64,000 bases of DNA from Acidobacteriota bacterium (GCA_050259595.1 JBLNAX010000068.1:3905-67904), one strand, 5' to 3'. Positions 12,101 through 21,249 are shown, numbered from the stretch's first letter. Program-made: numbers and translations. Notes: a model not told the origin generated them from the letters alone.

Positions 12101-12768
12101 TCAGGGTGGGCGGCACTATTTCTGGCTCTTCGATCAGTGCGGAGGTCAATCACTTCACCAAGTTTGCCGTGTTCGGACCGAAGAAGGCCAAACAGCCTGT
12201 AACCGTAAACCCGGAGCCGAACGTGGAAGCACCGAAGAAAGTCTTTAGTGATATGTCAGGTAACATTGCTTTGCCACAAGTTAACAGCCTAACTGCCAAG
12301 GCCGTTATCGGCGGATACTCGGATGGAACCTTCAAGCCGAACAAGGGGATGACCAGGATCGAATTTATCGTGGCGCTGGTCAAAGCATCAGGAATAAAGG
12401 TAGACAGCAAGGCAGCCATAGCGTTAAAAGATCAACAAACCATTCCTGCCTGGGCAAGACCATACATAGCAGCAGCCATCAAAGCAGGTATTCTGCCCAC
12501 AGTGTGGGGGAACAAACTTAATGGAAACACACCTGTAAGCAGAGTCGAGGCAGCATACATGCTGGCCAAAGCTTTGAAAATCAAAGTGAACGCCAAATCA
12601 GCTGTAGTGTTCAAGGATAAGATCCCAGTCTGGGCGGCTCCGTATGTAGTTTCCATAACACAAAAGGGCTTGCTGAAGGGCTATAGCGACAAAACCTTTA
12701 AGCCCAACAAACAAATAACTAGAGCAGAGGCGTGTGTGATCCTGTATAACGCCCTGCCAGTAAAATAA
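6124..12768 (+). CDS. giant SLH-anchored cell-surface protein (2214 aa) with Calx-beta, propeller-like repeat blocks and Big_2 domains
   Basis: GTG start lies after a GGGGGG Shine-Dalgarno sequence, with signal peptide MIKRSRVLSVLVSIILCVSLVLPGFVMPGTAQA. The N-terminal module is paralogous to the 727 gene. There are three Calx-beta-like domains (for example FDKDQYQVTENAGEVTVNVQRTGGSQGVVGVAYNV...GSDY...GTLSFGNGEMTKQIKIPIIDD). Two seven-fold repeat blocks, several Big_2 domains, poly-Gly linkers and three C-terminal SLH repeats are also present. Confidence 0.9.
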   Translation: MIKRSRVLSVLVSIILCVSLVLPGFVMPGTAQAATAYTALTVPVINIATNSTNVELGRVLVEISAGSLTPGATLTISVPNQVTLGPVYDSVLNSFLDNTISNLYPTTSQPTNPNLGMYLYTPTMYEGVANAIYDSTLPGNNGAFNASLLVAKKSSAQTLEICWNQNFRGSYALDKKGYLYIYFFASQLQAGINGDISASFTASANSGFTSGLLVIGKVGGGSASGGGGGGAPALPGCFGFDKDQYQVTENAGEVTVNVQRTGGSQGVVGVAYNVASNSAWEGSDYAVTRGTLSFGNGEMTKQIKIPIIDDAVYEGTEYASVFLFDPTGGATISTNDHTDVYILDNDEPSWLGSGSPNIVLDNKNSRYVSVYQKKFKGVTNDFYRVFGQFIGLNGTPIGQEFAISDTDSTAPVIVYDDIRGCSLVVWTEFAGTGSNSLKARIINSDGTLNETKVLASIEYQRTGNNYLQPSAVWDPINQRYLVVWLDVGHEPGLYTTDLYGQLINYNGNKIGSNFVVCSAANAQSEPSLTFDSTSQHYFLVWQDGRLGQNDIYGRLINSDGSLLGNDIVICSDSGNQLYPWVACDSNTGAFLVAWQDFNNNDICGQVLDKAGTLVKSELLISGAPGQQYTPTVACDPITHKFMVCWIDDRNSSNTGNDIYGQIINANASLSGSNFEVLKDSSDQIYPCLISGAGGLFMIAYENVKNPNVIGYKLVELATSGGQINIASSSYTVKENSASIIVSICRSGGCLNGVKVDYNTVDDSAKAGTDYTSRTGTLTFGNGDTEKTVEIPIIDNSSYQGNRTFKLVISNPSGGGVLSAPQQAVITIKDNELSPSSQHGGPKMAYDDLNDQYMSVFEGDFGIVGGQILNSSGQAVSPEFLISENSYAPSVVYDSVYHRYLVVWHDFRGGNGSQIYGQFYDLSGSATGSEFLITPHLTYQYQEYPAVAFDNINNQFLVVFGNRNVGSSISGQLVGADGRSKGSSFIIGNSNPDSNTPCVKFDSNHQRYLVAWVDDRSSKAYAQLVEANGTLIGNNIGTGVTAGYEYTTSIGYDSKNFRFLWVWSEIEYGKTNGSDLLGLIVDSNGNIEKQININIPDDQACSSIAFDYSRNKYLLTCMNDRSSKPEIITQYIYANGSLCDEFFFITNLAYANWPTATFNSKSNTFLVGYQSQKVYPPIVSYSSVIDSAARVHLTSYSYNADSDGKNATILVSRYGDLNSTVSVVYATSNYTAYTVSDYTMVNGTITFNPGETLKSFKIPIIRNSNSQFKLLLSNPTGCLMGHCNYALITCNPTTSGTPVSVTSVALTPKTLSLAAGGEPGALSATVLPTNATNKNVTWSSSDTSKATVVNGIIGPVATGTALVTVTTADGGFTDTCTVTVLPQPTYGVTVGEKTKTVLYSGRTAQTIGDFTLTESWPGSLLSDRMVSLTLPAGARWHMTSVQSNYGNISTNVKNDGVGSVAFATAALADYSTDGRILRYIVANSGSSQNSPAIVRFTGLQIDVAPNFTGDISVSVAGTAGAAGVVKVATVNPLFTISSPGTATLQTNAADQAASDIIISEVYKASLERTTDSVFDRNAGVITSVYCDTLTLKVPLGVVWKNLPTFTVEEADLALDQSSAVINDRECSINVRSTSSKSSRIRVSNIVLSIANTVPPGDLNIDVFGSATARTYLSFPSVTKLCSCKVGTAVSSIPVPVTGISLPEKQTVLLGRTLTLNSTVNPSTATNKGITWSSADSKIASVLNGTVTGNKLGKTTITATTVDGHFSDNCEVTVDPVLVRSISITSSVSLGTASNNSCGLSITFDPPDATNKNVYWSSDNTSVAIVSNIGAVTALKAGSASITAKTEDGGFEAHCNVIVTDNSTGTSSGGGGGGGGGGGVVDTPPVTSTNGEASISKGGGGTIGLSGGEATVEIPRYAFDSSQLLKIKIEKDIDSSGSPGQAALASQVFDFSVDGYQRYTFLKNVTITLHYDTSLYDANDKLAIYYFDINTNTWVRVGGTISGSSISAEVNHFTKFAVFGPKKAKQPVTVNPEPNVEAPKKVFSDMSGNIALPQVNSLTAKAVIGGYSDGTFKPNKGMTRIEFIVALVKASGIKVDSKAAIALKDQQTIPAWARPYIAAAIKAGILPTVWGNKLNGNTPVSRVEAAYMLAKALKIKVNAKSAVVFKDKIPVWAAPYVVSITQKGLLKGYSDKTFKPNKQITRAEACVILYNALPVK

Positions 12769-12792
12769 ATAGATAAGCAGGTCAAGAATCCA

Positions 12793-12826
12793 CCCTGGTC
12801 CCGCAAAGGCCGGGGTTTTTCTTTTG
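12793..12826 (+). terminator. rho-independent terminator
   Basis: CCCTGG-loop-CCGGGG followed by TTTTTCTTTT. It shares the CCGCAA(A/G)GGCCGGGGTTTT core with the terminator at 5739. Confidence 0.65.
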
Positions 12827-12904
12827 CCTTGAAACCTCCATTCGTGTTGTATCTGCTGCCAACAGGCATACTAATTAGGCTATTAAGGATTATAATAAAT
12901 AGTG

Positions 12905-12933
12905 TTGCAATAATATGCATAAATAAGTATAAT
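12905..12933 (+). promoter_or_regulatory. sigma-A type promoter upstream of argC
   Basis: TTGCAA, a 17-nt spacer, then TATAAT, ending 35 nt upstream of the argC ATG. Confidence 0.5.
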
Positions 12934-12967
12934 TATTTAAATAGTATTGGTCGTAGGAGGTTTTACC

Positions 12968-14005
12968 ATGATTAAAATCGGCATTATTGGAGATGGATAT
13001 ACGGCAGCCGATCTTATTAGATTATTCGCCGGACACGACCAGGCCGAAGTAGTTGCGATCACCAGTGTTGATAATATAGGTAAAAAGTTTTCAGATATAT
13101 ATCCGCATCTTAATGGATTCACTGATATAGTTCTGGAGCCGACTAGCATCGATGGCCTGCAGGGCCGTGTCGATGCAGTGTTCCTGGCTGTGCCGCATGG
13201 CCAGTCAGTACCGCTGGTAAAGGGACTGGTAGAGATCGGGATCAAGTGCATCGACCTTGGTGCTGATTTTCGGCTGCAGGACACTGCAGTATATCAGAAG
13301 CACTATCACCTGGAACACAAGGCACCTGATCTGCTGAAGCAGGCGGTGTACGGGATACCGGAATTCTACCGGGAGCAGATCAAGCAAGCCATGGTAGTGG
13401 CTAATCCGGGGTGTTATCCAACCGGAGCTACATTTGCTCTGGCTCCGCTGTTAAGAGGTGGCTTGATCAAAGAAAAAGGAATCATAGTTGACTCCAAGTC
13501 AGGTGTTACAGGTGCCGGGCGTAGTCCGAGCCTTAATTCTCACTTTTGTGAAGTCAACGAAGGCCTTAAGGCATACGGCGTGGGCAGCCACCGCCACCAG
13601 CCGGAGATCGAGCAGGAGCTGAGCCAGGCGGCGGGGAATGATATTCATATTACTTTTACTCCGCACCTTATTCCCATGAATAGGGGGATCCTAACCACAG
13701 CGTATGCGGAACTGAAAGTCGGAGTTGATCCCGAAGCCGTGCGAGCGGTCTTTGAAAAAGAATATGGCCAGGAATCGTTCGTCAAGCTTTTGCCGGAAGG
13801 GATATTCCCACAGACCAAGTGGGTATATGGCAGCAACTATGTCTTTATCGGTCTGCATGTTGATAGTGAAACCGGACGCGTGATCGTGGTCAGCGCTATA
13901 GATAACCTGACTAAAGGAGCTTCCGGGCAGGCAGTACAAAGCTTTAACGTAATGTTTGGATTAGATGAAAACAAGGCTTTGACCGCAGCGGGCATCTACC
14001 CGTAA
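12968..14005 (+). CDS. argC: N-acetyl-gamma-glutamyl-phosphate reductase
   Basis: ATG at 12968 follows AGGAGG (the track ORF starts at 12947). N-terminal Rossmann motif MIKIGIIGDGYTA, active-site region NPGCYPT, and family-typical length (345 aa). Confidence 0.92.
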   Translation: MIKIGIIGDGYTAADLIRLFAGHDQAEVVAITSVDNIGKKFSDIYPHLNGFTDIVLEPTSIDGLQGRVDAVFLAVPHGQSVPLVKGLVEIGIKCIDLGADFRLQDTAVYQKHYHLEHKAPDLLKQAVYGIPEFYREQIKQAMVVANPGCYPTGATFALAPLLRGGLIKEKGIIVDSKSGVTGAGRSPSLNSHFCEVNEGLKAYGVGSHRHQPEIEQELSQAAGNDIHITFTPHLIPMNRGILTTAYAELKVGVDPEAVRAVFEKEYGQESFVKLLPEGIFPQTKWVYGSNYVFIGLHVDSETGRVIVVSAIDNLTKGASGQAVQSFNVMFGLDENKALTAAGIYP

Positions 14006-14045
14006 AGATTAGAATTATTAATATTTATACAGGAGATGAATAAAT

Positions 14046-15248
14046 ATGAAACAAGATAAAGGTGTAACTTATGCTAAAGGGTTTATGGCACAAGGGGTCG
14101 AAGCCGGCATTAAGAAGCTCGATACCAAGGATGTGGCGGTGATCTATTCCGAAGTGCTGTGCAAATCCGCAGCTGTCTATACGACCAACAAAGTTCAGGC
14201 GGCCTGTATCCAGGTGAATATAAAGCACCTGGATAACGGTAAAGCTCAGGCAGTAGTAGTCAACAGCGGCAATGCCAACGCCTGTACTGGAGAGCAGGGT
14301 CTGCAGGATACATTTACAATGGCCGAATTAGTAGCAGCCAAACTCAATATAAATAAGTATGATGTGTTGGTAGCATCGACCGGTGTTATCGGCGTCTATA
14401 TGCCAATGGATCGAGTGGAAGCCGGCATCGTGGCCGCATGCTCCCAGCTCACTCCTGACGGCGGGCACAATGCCTGTCAGGCAATCATGACCACTGATAC
14501 TGTGCCCAAAGAAGCCGGGGTGGAGATCATGGTAGCAGGCAAAGCTGTACACATTGGCGGCATGGCCAAAGGCTCGGGGATGATCCACCCGAATATGGCT
14601 ACAATGCTGGGCTTTATAACTACGGATGCTAATATCAGCATGGAGTGCTTGAATAAAGCTCTTAAAGAATCAGTGGAAATCAGCTATAACATGATCAGTG
14701 TGGATGGTGATACATCTACCAATGATATGGTCCTCGCACTGGCTAACGGCTTGGCGGAAAATGCCGAGATCAACGACCCTAATTCAGCTGAATACCAGGC
14801 ATTTAAGCAGGCTTTGGACGAAGTGAACCTGATTCTGGCCAAAGCTATTGCCCGTGATGGGGAGGGGGCAACCCGCCTCATCGAAGTGGCAGTGGAGGGT
14901 GCGCCAGACGATCTGGAAGCACGGAAGATAGCACGTTCCATAACATCCTCCAGTCTGTTCAAAGCGGCGGTATATGGCGAGGATGCCAACTGGGGGCGTA
15001 TCATATGTGCGGCCGGCTATTCTGGAGCTGAATTTGATCCAAACAAGGTTGACATATATCTTGGTTCCCAGCAGATGGCGGCCAATGGGATGGGCATAGC
15101 ATTCAACGAGGATGCTGCCCGTAAGGATCTAGCCAATGAAGTCGTTAAAGTGAAGCTGGACCTGAAACAAGGCACTGGCCAGGCTACTGCCTGGGGATGT
15201 GACCTTTCATATGATTACGTGAAAATCAACGCCAGCTACCGGAGCTAA
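14046..15248 (+). CDS. argJ: bifunctional ornithine acetyltransferase / N-acetylglutamate synthase
   Basis: ArgJ-family sequence with the self-cleavage site motif HPNMATMLGFITTDA. Its position between argC and argB fits. Confidence 0.92.
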   Translation: MKQDKGVTYAKGFMAQGVEAGIKKLDTKDVAVIYSEVLCKSAAVYTTNKVQAACIQVNIKHLDNGKAQAVVVNSGNANACTGEQGLQDTFTMAELVAAKLNINKYDVLVASTGVIGVYMPMDRVEAGIVAACSQLTPDGGHNACQAIMTTDTVPKEAGVEIMVAGKAVHIGGMAKGSGMIHPNMATMLGFITTDANISMECLNKALKESVEISYNMISVDGDTSTNDMVLALANGLAENAEINDPNSAEYQAFKQALDEVNLILAKAIARDGEGATRLIEVAVEGAPDDLEARKIARSITSSSLFKAAVYGEDANWGRIICAAGYSGAEFDPNKVDIYLGSQQMAANGMGIAFNEDAARKDLANEVVKVKLDLKQGTGQATAWGCDLSYDYVKINASYRS

Positions 15249-15266
15249 ATTAAGGGGGTTAAGAAC

Positions 15267-16139
15267 TTGGTAGTGACAGTTCATGAAAAAGCTAGCATAT
15301 TGATCGAGGCTTTGCCCTATATCAAGGAGTTTTACGGCAAGACGGTAGTGGTAAAGTACGGCGGTTCGGCTATGGGCGATCCAGCTTTGAAAAAGGCCGT
15401 AATGCAAGACTTAGTCCTTATGAAATATGTAGGAATGAACCCCATCGTAGTCCACGGTGGTGGTCCTGATATAACCAATATGCTTAAGCAAATAGGGGTT
15501 GAAAGCCGATTCGTCAACGGCTTGCGGGTCACCGATGAGGAAACGATGAAGATCGTTGAGATGGTACTGGTGGGCAAGATCAACACTGAAATAGTATCCG
15601 GCATCAACCAAATCGGCGGCAAAGCTCTTGGCTTTTCCGGCAAAGATGGCAACCTAATAGAAGCTGAAAAGATGAAGAGTGAATATGATCTAGGCTTTGT
15701 AGGGGAGGTCACACAGATCAATCCCCAGGTGCTGGTACCAATGCTTCATAACGGTTATATTCCAGTAATTGCGCCGGTTGGAATGGGCGAAAATCAGCAG
15801 AGTTATAACATCAATGCTGATCATGTGGCCGGCGAGATCGCGGTCGCGCTGGGAGCCGACAAGCTGGTGCTGTTGACTGATGTACCGGGCATTCTGCGTA
15901 ACCAGGATGACTATGACACACTGATTTCAAGCCTGAAAACTACGGAAATACCTGGCTTGATTGAAGAGGGCATTATCGCTGGAGGTATGATCCCCAAGGT
16001 CGAGTGCTGCATCAAAGCTCTAGAGGGCGGAGTGCGAAGAACCCATATCGTTGATGGCAGGATTCCGCACTCGATTCTGCTGGAGATATTTACTGACGAG
16101 GGCAGCGGCACTATGGTTATAAATGGAGGCGAAGCGTAA
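15267..16139 (+). CDS. argB: acetylglutamate kinase
   Basis: Amino acid kinase fold with [12 protein letters not shown] and VVHGGGP motifs. TTG start follows AAGGGGG. Confidence 0.9.
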   Translation: MVVTVHEKASILIEALPYIKEFYGKTVVVKYGGSAMGDPALKKAVMQDLVLMKYVGMNPIVVHGGGPDITNMLKQIGVESRFVNGLRVTDEETMKIVEMVLVGKINTEIVSGINQIGGKALGFSGKDGNLIEAEKMKSEYDLGFVGEVTQINPQVLVPMLHNGYIPVIAPVGMGENQQSYNINADHVAGEIAVALGADKLVLLTDVPGILRNQDDYDTLISSLKTTEIPGLIEEGIIAGGMIPKVECCIKALEGGVRRTHIVDGRIPHSILLEIFTDEGSGTMVINGGEA

Positions 16140-17332
16140 TGGGAAACCAAACGATAATCGATAAAGGTCAAAAATATGTGATGAATACATACGGGCGGTA
16201 TTCTCTGGCACTGGTCAAGGGCCAGGGCAGCAAGGTATGGGATGCCGACGGTAAGGAATATCTCGACTTTGTCGGGGGGATCGCGGTTTGCGGCTTGGGG
16301 CATGCACATCCTGAACTAGTAAAGGTTTTACAGGAACAGGGTCAGAAGCTGTGGCACGTATCGAACCTGTACTGGATCGAGCCGCAGGTGGAACTAGCTA
16401 AAAAACTATGCCAGGTGACTGGCATGGATAAAGCGTTTTTTGCCAACAGCGGGGCTGAAGTCAACGAAGGTGCCATCAAACTGGCCCGCAAGTATTTCTA
16501 CCGCAAAGGGCAAAACCGATATGAAATAATAGCTATGAAGAACTCCTTCCATGGCCGGACCCTGGGCACTCTGAGCGTGACCGGCCAGACCAAGTACCAG
16601 GAAGGATATGCGCCACTGCTGCCGGGAGTCAAGTTTGCCCAGATCAATGATCTAGATTCAGTGGCCAGCTTGATAACAGAAAACACCGCTGCAGTCATGG
16701 TCGAGCCAGTGCAGGCAGAGGGTGGAGTCAACCCAGCAACCACTGAATTCCTACAGAGACTGCGTAAGCTATGTGATGAAAAAGGGATTCTGCTTATATT
16801 TGACGAAGTTCAGTGCGGCATGGGGCGGACCGGCAAGGTCATGGCCTACCAGCACTATGGCATCAAGCCTGACATTGTGACCCTGGCTAAGGCTCTAGCC
16901 GGAGGCTTCCCGATCGGGGCGCTGCTGGCCACTGATGAAGCTGTGACCGGGTTCGCGCCGGGCGACCACGCATCGACTTTTGGCGGCAATCCGCTGGCCT
17001 GTGCAGTAGCCTGCAAGTCAGTCGAACTGCTAACTGAGCCGGCCTTCCTGCAGAATGTGGTGGAGACTGGCGAATATCTTAAAAAGAAGCTGCAGGAGAT
17101 CGTTGACACCGAGGCCAGCGCGCAGGAGGTGCGGGGTCTGGGTCTACTGATCGGACTGGAGTTTGATACAGAAGTTAAGGATCTAGTGAATCTTTGTATA
17201 GCTGACGGACTGCTCGTAATATCGGCTGGGCCTAATGTATTACGGATGGTGCCTCCGCTCAACATCACCAAGGCGGATGTGGATGCCGCAGTAGAAATAA
17301 TAAAGAAAGCGTTAGGACAATGGAAAGCGTAG
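16139..17332 (+). CDS. argD: acetylornithine aminotransferase
   Basis: Class-III PLP aminotransferase (SGAEVNEGAIKLARK, FDEVQCGMGRTGK, TLAKALAGG). The start overlaps the argB stop. Confidence 0.9.
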   Translation: MGNQTIIDKGQKYVMNTYGRYSLALVKGQGSKVWDADGKEYLDFVGGIAVCGLGHAHPELVKVLQEQGQKLWHVSNLYWIEPQVELAKKLCQVTGMDKAFFANSGAEVNEGAIKLARKYFYRKGQNRYEIIAMKNSFHGRTLGTLSVTGQTKYQEGYAPLLPGVKFAQINDLDSVASLITENTAAVMVEPVQAEGGVNPATTEFLQRLRKLCDEKGILLIFDEVQCGMGRTGKVMAYQHYGIKPDIVTLAKALAGGFPIGALLATDEAVTGFAPGDHASTFGGNPLACAVACKSVELLTEPAFLQNVVETGEYLKKKLQEIVDTEASAQEVRGLGLLIGLEFDTEVKDLVNLCIADGLLVISAGPNVLRMVPPLNITKADVDAAVEIIKKALGQWKA

Positions 17333-17952
17333 CAGAGAAATTACAGCTATCATCAGCGACACTGAGCGATTATCTCAAGGCCTCGGATATCGTTAATTAC
17401 GAGCATAAGTCTATCCAAGTGTTAGCCAATGATTTGGCCAAGAATTGTACCGACGAAGTTGAAACGGTCAAGGCAGTCTATGAGTACGTTCGGGACCTGG
17501 CGGCCCATTCGGCTGATACCAGTGCCGACGGTGTAAGCTGCACGGCCTCCGATGTATTGATCAATGGGCATGGCATTTGTTATGCAAAGGCCCATCTGCT
17601 GGCGGCTATGCTAAGGTATCTCGGGGTTCCTACGGGCTTTTGCTACCAGCGGCTGGTGCTGGATGAGGAGAACCCGGCCCGGCTTTCACTGCACGGGCTC
17701 AATGCCGTATACATAAGCAGCCTCGATAAATGGATCAGAATCGATGCCCGGGGCAACAAACCAGGCGTCAATGCCCAGTTTTCGGTCGATGAGGAGATCT
17801 TGGCCTTTAATATCCGACCGGAATTAGGGGAGCGTGATATTCCATGGATCTTTCACGAACCACTGCCGATAGTGGTCAACGTGCTTAAGAACACCAGCGA
17901 TTTAAAGGAGCTGTGGCAGAATCTGCCGGATGACAGCGGTGAATACAAGTAA
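17320..17952 (+). CDS. transglutaminase-like cysteine peptidase superfamily protein
   Basis: A Cys-His-Asp arrangement typical of the transglutaminase-like core (GHGICYAKAHLLAAMLR ... LHGLNAVY ... IDARGN). The start overlaps the argD 3' end by 13 nt. Confidence 0.65.
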   Translation: MESVAEKLQLSSATLSDYLKASDIVNYEHKSIQVLANDLAKNCTDEVETVKAVYEYVRDLAAHSADTSADGVSCTASDVLINGHGICYAKAHLLAAMLRYLGVPTGFCYQRLVLDEENPARLSLHGLNAVYISSLDKWIRIDARGNKPGVNAQFSVDEEILAFNIRPELGERDIPWIFHEPLPIVVNVLKNTSDLKELWQNLPDDSGEYK

Positions 17953-18032
17953 GCAGCCATCATTGTATTGGGTATTGCGCGATGCGCGAAAGATAGGGCG
18001 GTTTCACAAGTAGGGAAAGGGGAGAGACTATT

Positions 18033-19001
18033 TTGTTCGGGAATAATTTTATGGAAGTGGATCTAAAGCCGGAATTTAAGGGTAGGGACTTCATTTCAAT
18101 CAATGATTTTACCCGGGACGAAGTCTTGTACATAATGGAAGTGGCCGATATTCTGAAGGCCCAACAAAAGTCGGGGGTTCGGAGGGACCCTGGATATCTG
18201 CAGGGCAAGAGCCTGGGTATGATATTTCAAAAGGCCTCCACCAGGACCCGGGTATCTTTTGAAGTGGGGATGTTTCAGTTAGGCGGCTATCCATTGTTCT
18301 TAAGCCCTAATGATATGCAGATGGGCCGGGGGGAGACTATCAAGGATACAGCAATGACCCTTTCCCGGTATCTGGACGGAATTATGATACGGACATTTAG
18401 CCATGATGACGTGCTGGAGCTGGCCCATTGGGCAACGATTCCTGTCATCAATGGCCTGACCGACCTTTTGCATCCCTGTCAGGCGATGGGTGATATGATG
18501 ACGATCCGTGAACACAAAGGCCGCCTGGAGGGCTTGAAATTGGCATTTATCGGTGACGGCAATAATGTGGCTCACTGCCTGCTTTATGGCGGTGCCAAAA
18601 CCGGAATGGATGTAGTCATTGCATGCCCCAAAGGATTTGAACCCGATAACCAGGTGCTGCAGAATGCGCTGAAGGATGCCCAACAGACCGGCTGTAAGCT
18701 GAGGGTGGTCGAGGATCCGATCGAAGCAGTAACTGGGGCGGATGTGGTTTATACCGATGTCTGGGCCAGCATGGGCCAGGAAAAAGATGCTGCAGATAAA
18801 GAAAAGCATTTTGCACGCTACCAGGTCAACGCTGAACTGATGAAGCATGCCAAGCCCGATGCTATTGTTATGCACTGCCTGCCAGCTAAGCGCGGGCGGG
18901 AAGTCACAGACGAAGTAATGGATGGCCCGCAATCAGTGATGTTTGACGAGGCAGAAAACCGTTTACACATGCAAAAAGCCATTATGGCTTTGATAATGTA
19001 A
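18033..19001 (+). CDS. argF: ornithine carbamoyltransferase
   Basis: STRTRVSFE carbamoyl-phosphate motif, plus HPCQ and HCLPAKRG motifs. The start could alternatively be ATG at 18051. Confidence 0.92.
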   Translation: MFGNNFMEVDLKPEFKGRDFISINDFTRDEVLYIMEVADILKAQQKSGVRRDPGYLQGKSLGMIFQKASTRTRVSFEVGMFQLGGYPLFLSPNDMQMGRGETIKDTAMTLSRYLDGIMIRTFSHDDVLELAHWATIPVINGLTDLLHPCQAMGDMMTIREHKGRLEGLKLAFIGDGNNVAHCLLYGGAKTGMDVVIACPKGFEPDNQVLQNALKDAQQTGCKLRVVEDPIEAVTGADVVYTDVWASMGQEKDAADKEKHFARYQVNAELMKHAKPDAIVMHCLPAKRGREVTDEVMDGPQSVMFDEAENRLHMQKAIMALIM

Positions 19002-19031
19002 TAATTCATCGATAGAATTGGAGGAAAACCA

Positions 19032-20237
19032 ATGGCGGACAAGATCGTACTGGCTTATTCTGGAGGGCTTGATACCTCGATCATCATTCCCTGGTTAAAG
19101 GAGAATCACGGCTACGACGTAGTGGCTATGTGTGCCGACCTGGGGCAGGGCGAAGAATTGGAACCGCTCAATGAAAAGGCTATTAAAACCGGTGCTGTAT
19201 CCATACACATCGAAGACTGCCGCCAGGAATTCGTGACCGACTATGTGTGGCCGGTTCTGAAATCCGGTGCTATATATGAGGGCAAGTACCTGCTGGGGAC
19301 CAGTTTTGCCCGGCCATTGATCGCTAAGAAACTAGTAGAGATCGCCCATAAAGAAGGGGCGGTTGCAATTGCGCACGGGGCTACTGGCAAAGGCAATGAC
19401 CAGGTGCGTTTTGAACTGACCATCAAAGCCTTAGACCCGGATCTGAAAATAGTAGCACCCTGGCGGGAATGGAACATTCGCTCCCGTGAAGATGCTATTG
19501 AATATGCAGAAAAGCGTAACATTCCACTAACTGTGACCAAAGAAAAAATCTACAGCCGTGACCGCAATCTGTGGCACCTTAGTCATGAAGGCGGCGAGCT
19601 CGAAGACCCCTGGAACGAGCCCAACGAAGGCATGTATATGCTGACTGTGCCTCCGGAAAAGGCGCCAGACCAGCCGACCTATGTTGAGATCGAATTCGAA
19701 AAGGGCATTCCCGTAGCTGTGGACGGTGTAAAGCTGGGCCCGGTCGAGCTGATCGAAAAGTTGAATGTTATTGGTGGAGCAAACGGTGTCGGCATCGTTA
19801 GCCTGGTGGAAAACCGCCTGGTCGGTATGAAATCGCGCGGTGTTTACGAGACTCCGGGCGGTACAATCCTGTTCTTGGCCCACCGTGAGTTAGAAAACCT
19901 GACCCTGGATCGCCGTACCATGCATTTTAAAGAGCAGGTTTCGGTTCTATATGGTGAGCTGGTTTATGACGGCAACTGGTTCTCAGTGCTAAAAGAGAGT
20001 CTGGATGCATTTATCGATAAGACTCAGGAGACAGTTTCCGGGACGGTAAGGGCCAAGCTTTACAAAGGAAACTGCACACCGGTGGGGGCGAAGTCGGTCT
20101 ACTCACTTTACCGCCATGATCTGGCCACCTTCAGTGCCGATGATATTTATTCGCAGAAGGATGCCGAAGGATTTATTAATTTGTTTGGTCTGCCGCTCAA
20201 AGTTAGAGCACTGTTGGAACGCAGCTTAAAGAAGTAG
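19032..20237 (+). CDS. argG: argininosuccinate synthase
   Basis: [16 protein letters not shown]-binding motif, plus [15 protein letters not shown] and [14 protein letters not shown]. Confidence 0.93.
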   Translation: MADKIVLAYSGGLDTSIIIPWLKENHGYDVVAMCADLGQGEELEPLNEKAIKTGAVSIHIEDCRQEFVTDYVWPVLKSGAIYEGKYLLGTSFARPLIAKKLVEIAHKEGAVAIAHGATGKGNDQVRFELTIKALDPDLKIVAPWREWNIRSREDAIEYAEKRNIPLTVTKEKIYSRDRNLWHLSHEGGELEDPWNEPNEGMYMLTVPPEKAPDQPTYVEIEFEKGIPVAVDGVKLGPVELIEKLNVIGGANGVGIVSLVENRLVGMKSRGVYETPGGTILFLAHRELENLTLDRRTMHFKEQVSVLYGELVYDGNWFSVLKESLDAFIDKTQETVSGTVRAKLYKGNCTPVGAKSVYSLYRHDLATFSADDIYSQKDAEGFINLFGLPLKVRALLERSLKK

Positions 20238-20307
20238 CAGCAAGTTAAGAAAGACTGCAAACTGTCTGATTCAGGCTAATGACATGAGTAAAGATCAAGG
20301 CATGAGC

Positions 20308-20358
20308 AAAGCCCGTGATTGAGGCGTACTAAGGTACGGTGATTGAACGGGCTTTTCG
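20308..20358 (+). terminator. long hairpin / probable terminator after argG
   Basis: AAAGCCCGT ... ACGGGCTTT is a 9-bp outer stem with an inner CGTAC/GTACG stem, followed by TTTCG. A second weaker hairpin with TTTT lies at about 20368-20406. Confidence 0.4.
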
Positions 20359-20436
20359 AAATAACGCAGAGACTTGCTTTTGTCAACAGCCTGAGAGGTC
20401 TCTTTTGGTATTGTCGTAGTACGGGGGGATGGATAA

Positions 20437-21249
20437 GTGATTTACCAAACTAGTTCAGTACTAACTGTGAAGCGGATGGGCGATCAACTGCTGGCCGAAG
20501 CTACCATGTTAAGCACTGATCATGAAGCAGTAGGATGGATGCATCTGGCCGATGTCAGGACATTTGCCATTAAGGAAGCGGGTTGGGAGATACTGCGGGC
20601 ACCCGGCAAAACGAAAATTGACCAGGGAACGATCCCACAGATGGTGGGCGTGGAAGCCTATTTTGATGCAGGCCGCGAACTGAAAAAATTCCTGCCGGAT
20701 GAGGAACACGAACTGGGCCGGGAGCTGCTAGCTGACTGTATCCGGGGCATCATCCAGGCCGAGACTTATCTGTTCCACGAACGTGGCTATGAATCGGCTC
20801 AGTCTTATGATGCGTTTTGGGACAAGATGTATGTTGATTCTTGCCTGTATTACAGCAACCTGGATAAGATCGAAAAACCCTGGATGGCCTATGCGGCTAT
20901 TGAGATGCGCCGGCATGTTTTGTTCAATCGCTGCCGCAACTGTGAAGTTAGAGAAGGCGAAAATGGACATTTATTGGCTCAGGGCAGTTTTATAGATTCT
21001 TTCCATGAACTAGCTGTACACCTGGAGGTTGACTGTGCTGGTGTGATCATGTCTGCGGATGGTGAGTTCCGTCGGGCACCTGACAAGATATGTTTGGATA
21101 ATCCAAAGAACCTGGCGCTGCTTATAGGGAATAATATTATCACCATGGGTAAAAAGGACATTGCCGGATATACGGGCGGAGCCATGGGCTGCCATCATTT
21201 AGTAGATCTTCTTTTTGATGTTGCTAAGGCTGTAAACGCCGCTCGGTAA
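20437..21249 (+). CDS. hypothetical protein (possibly DUF2889-like)
   Basis: A 270-aa ORF with a GTG start after GGGGGGA. There are no recognisable catalytic motifs, and the family assignment is from memory only. Confidence 0.55.
   Translation: MIYQTSSVLTVKRMGDQLLAEATMLSTDHEAVGWMHLADVRTFAIKEAGWEILRAPGKTKIDQGTIPQMVGVEAYFDAGRELKKFLPDEEHELGRELLADCIRGIIQAETYLFHERGYESAQSYDAFWDKMYVDSCLYYSNLDKIEKPWMAYAAIEMRRHVLFNRCRNCEVREGENGHLLAQGSFIDSFHELAVHLEVDCAGVIMSADGEFRRAPDKICLDNPKNLALLIGNNIITMGKKDIAGYTGGAMGCHHLVDLLFDVAKAVNAAR

Noticed and set aside
12880-12946. A possible ArgR/AhrC operator (ARG box) overlapping the argC promoter.
   Set aside because: The best candidate (TATGCATAAATAAGTATA) has about 4 mismatches to the TNTGAATWWWWATTCANW consensus. 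That is too weak to call without a matrix scan.
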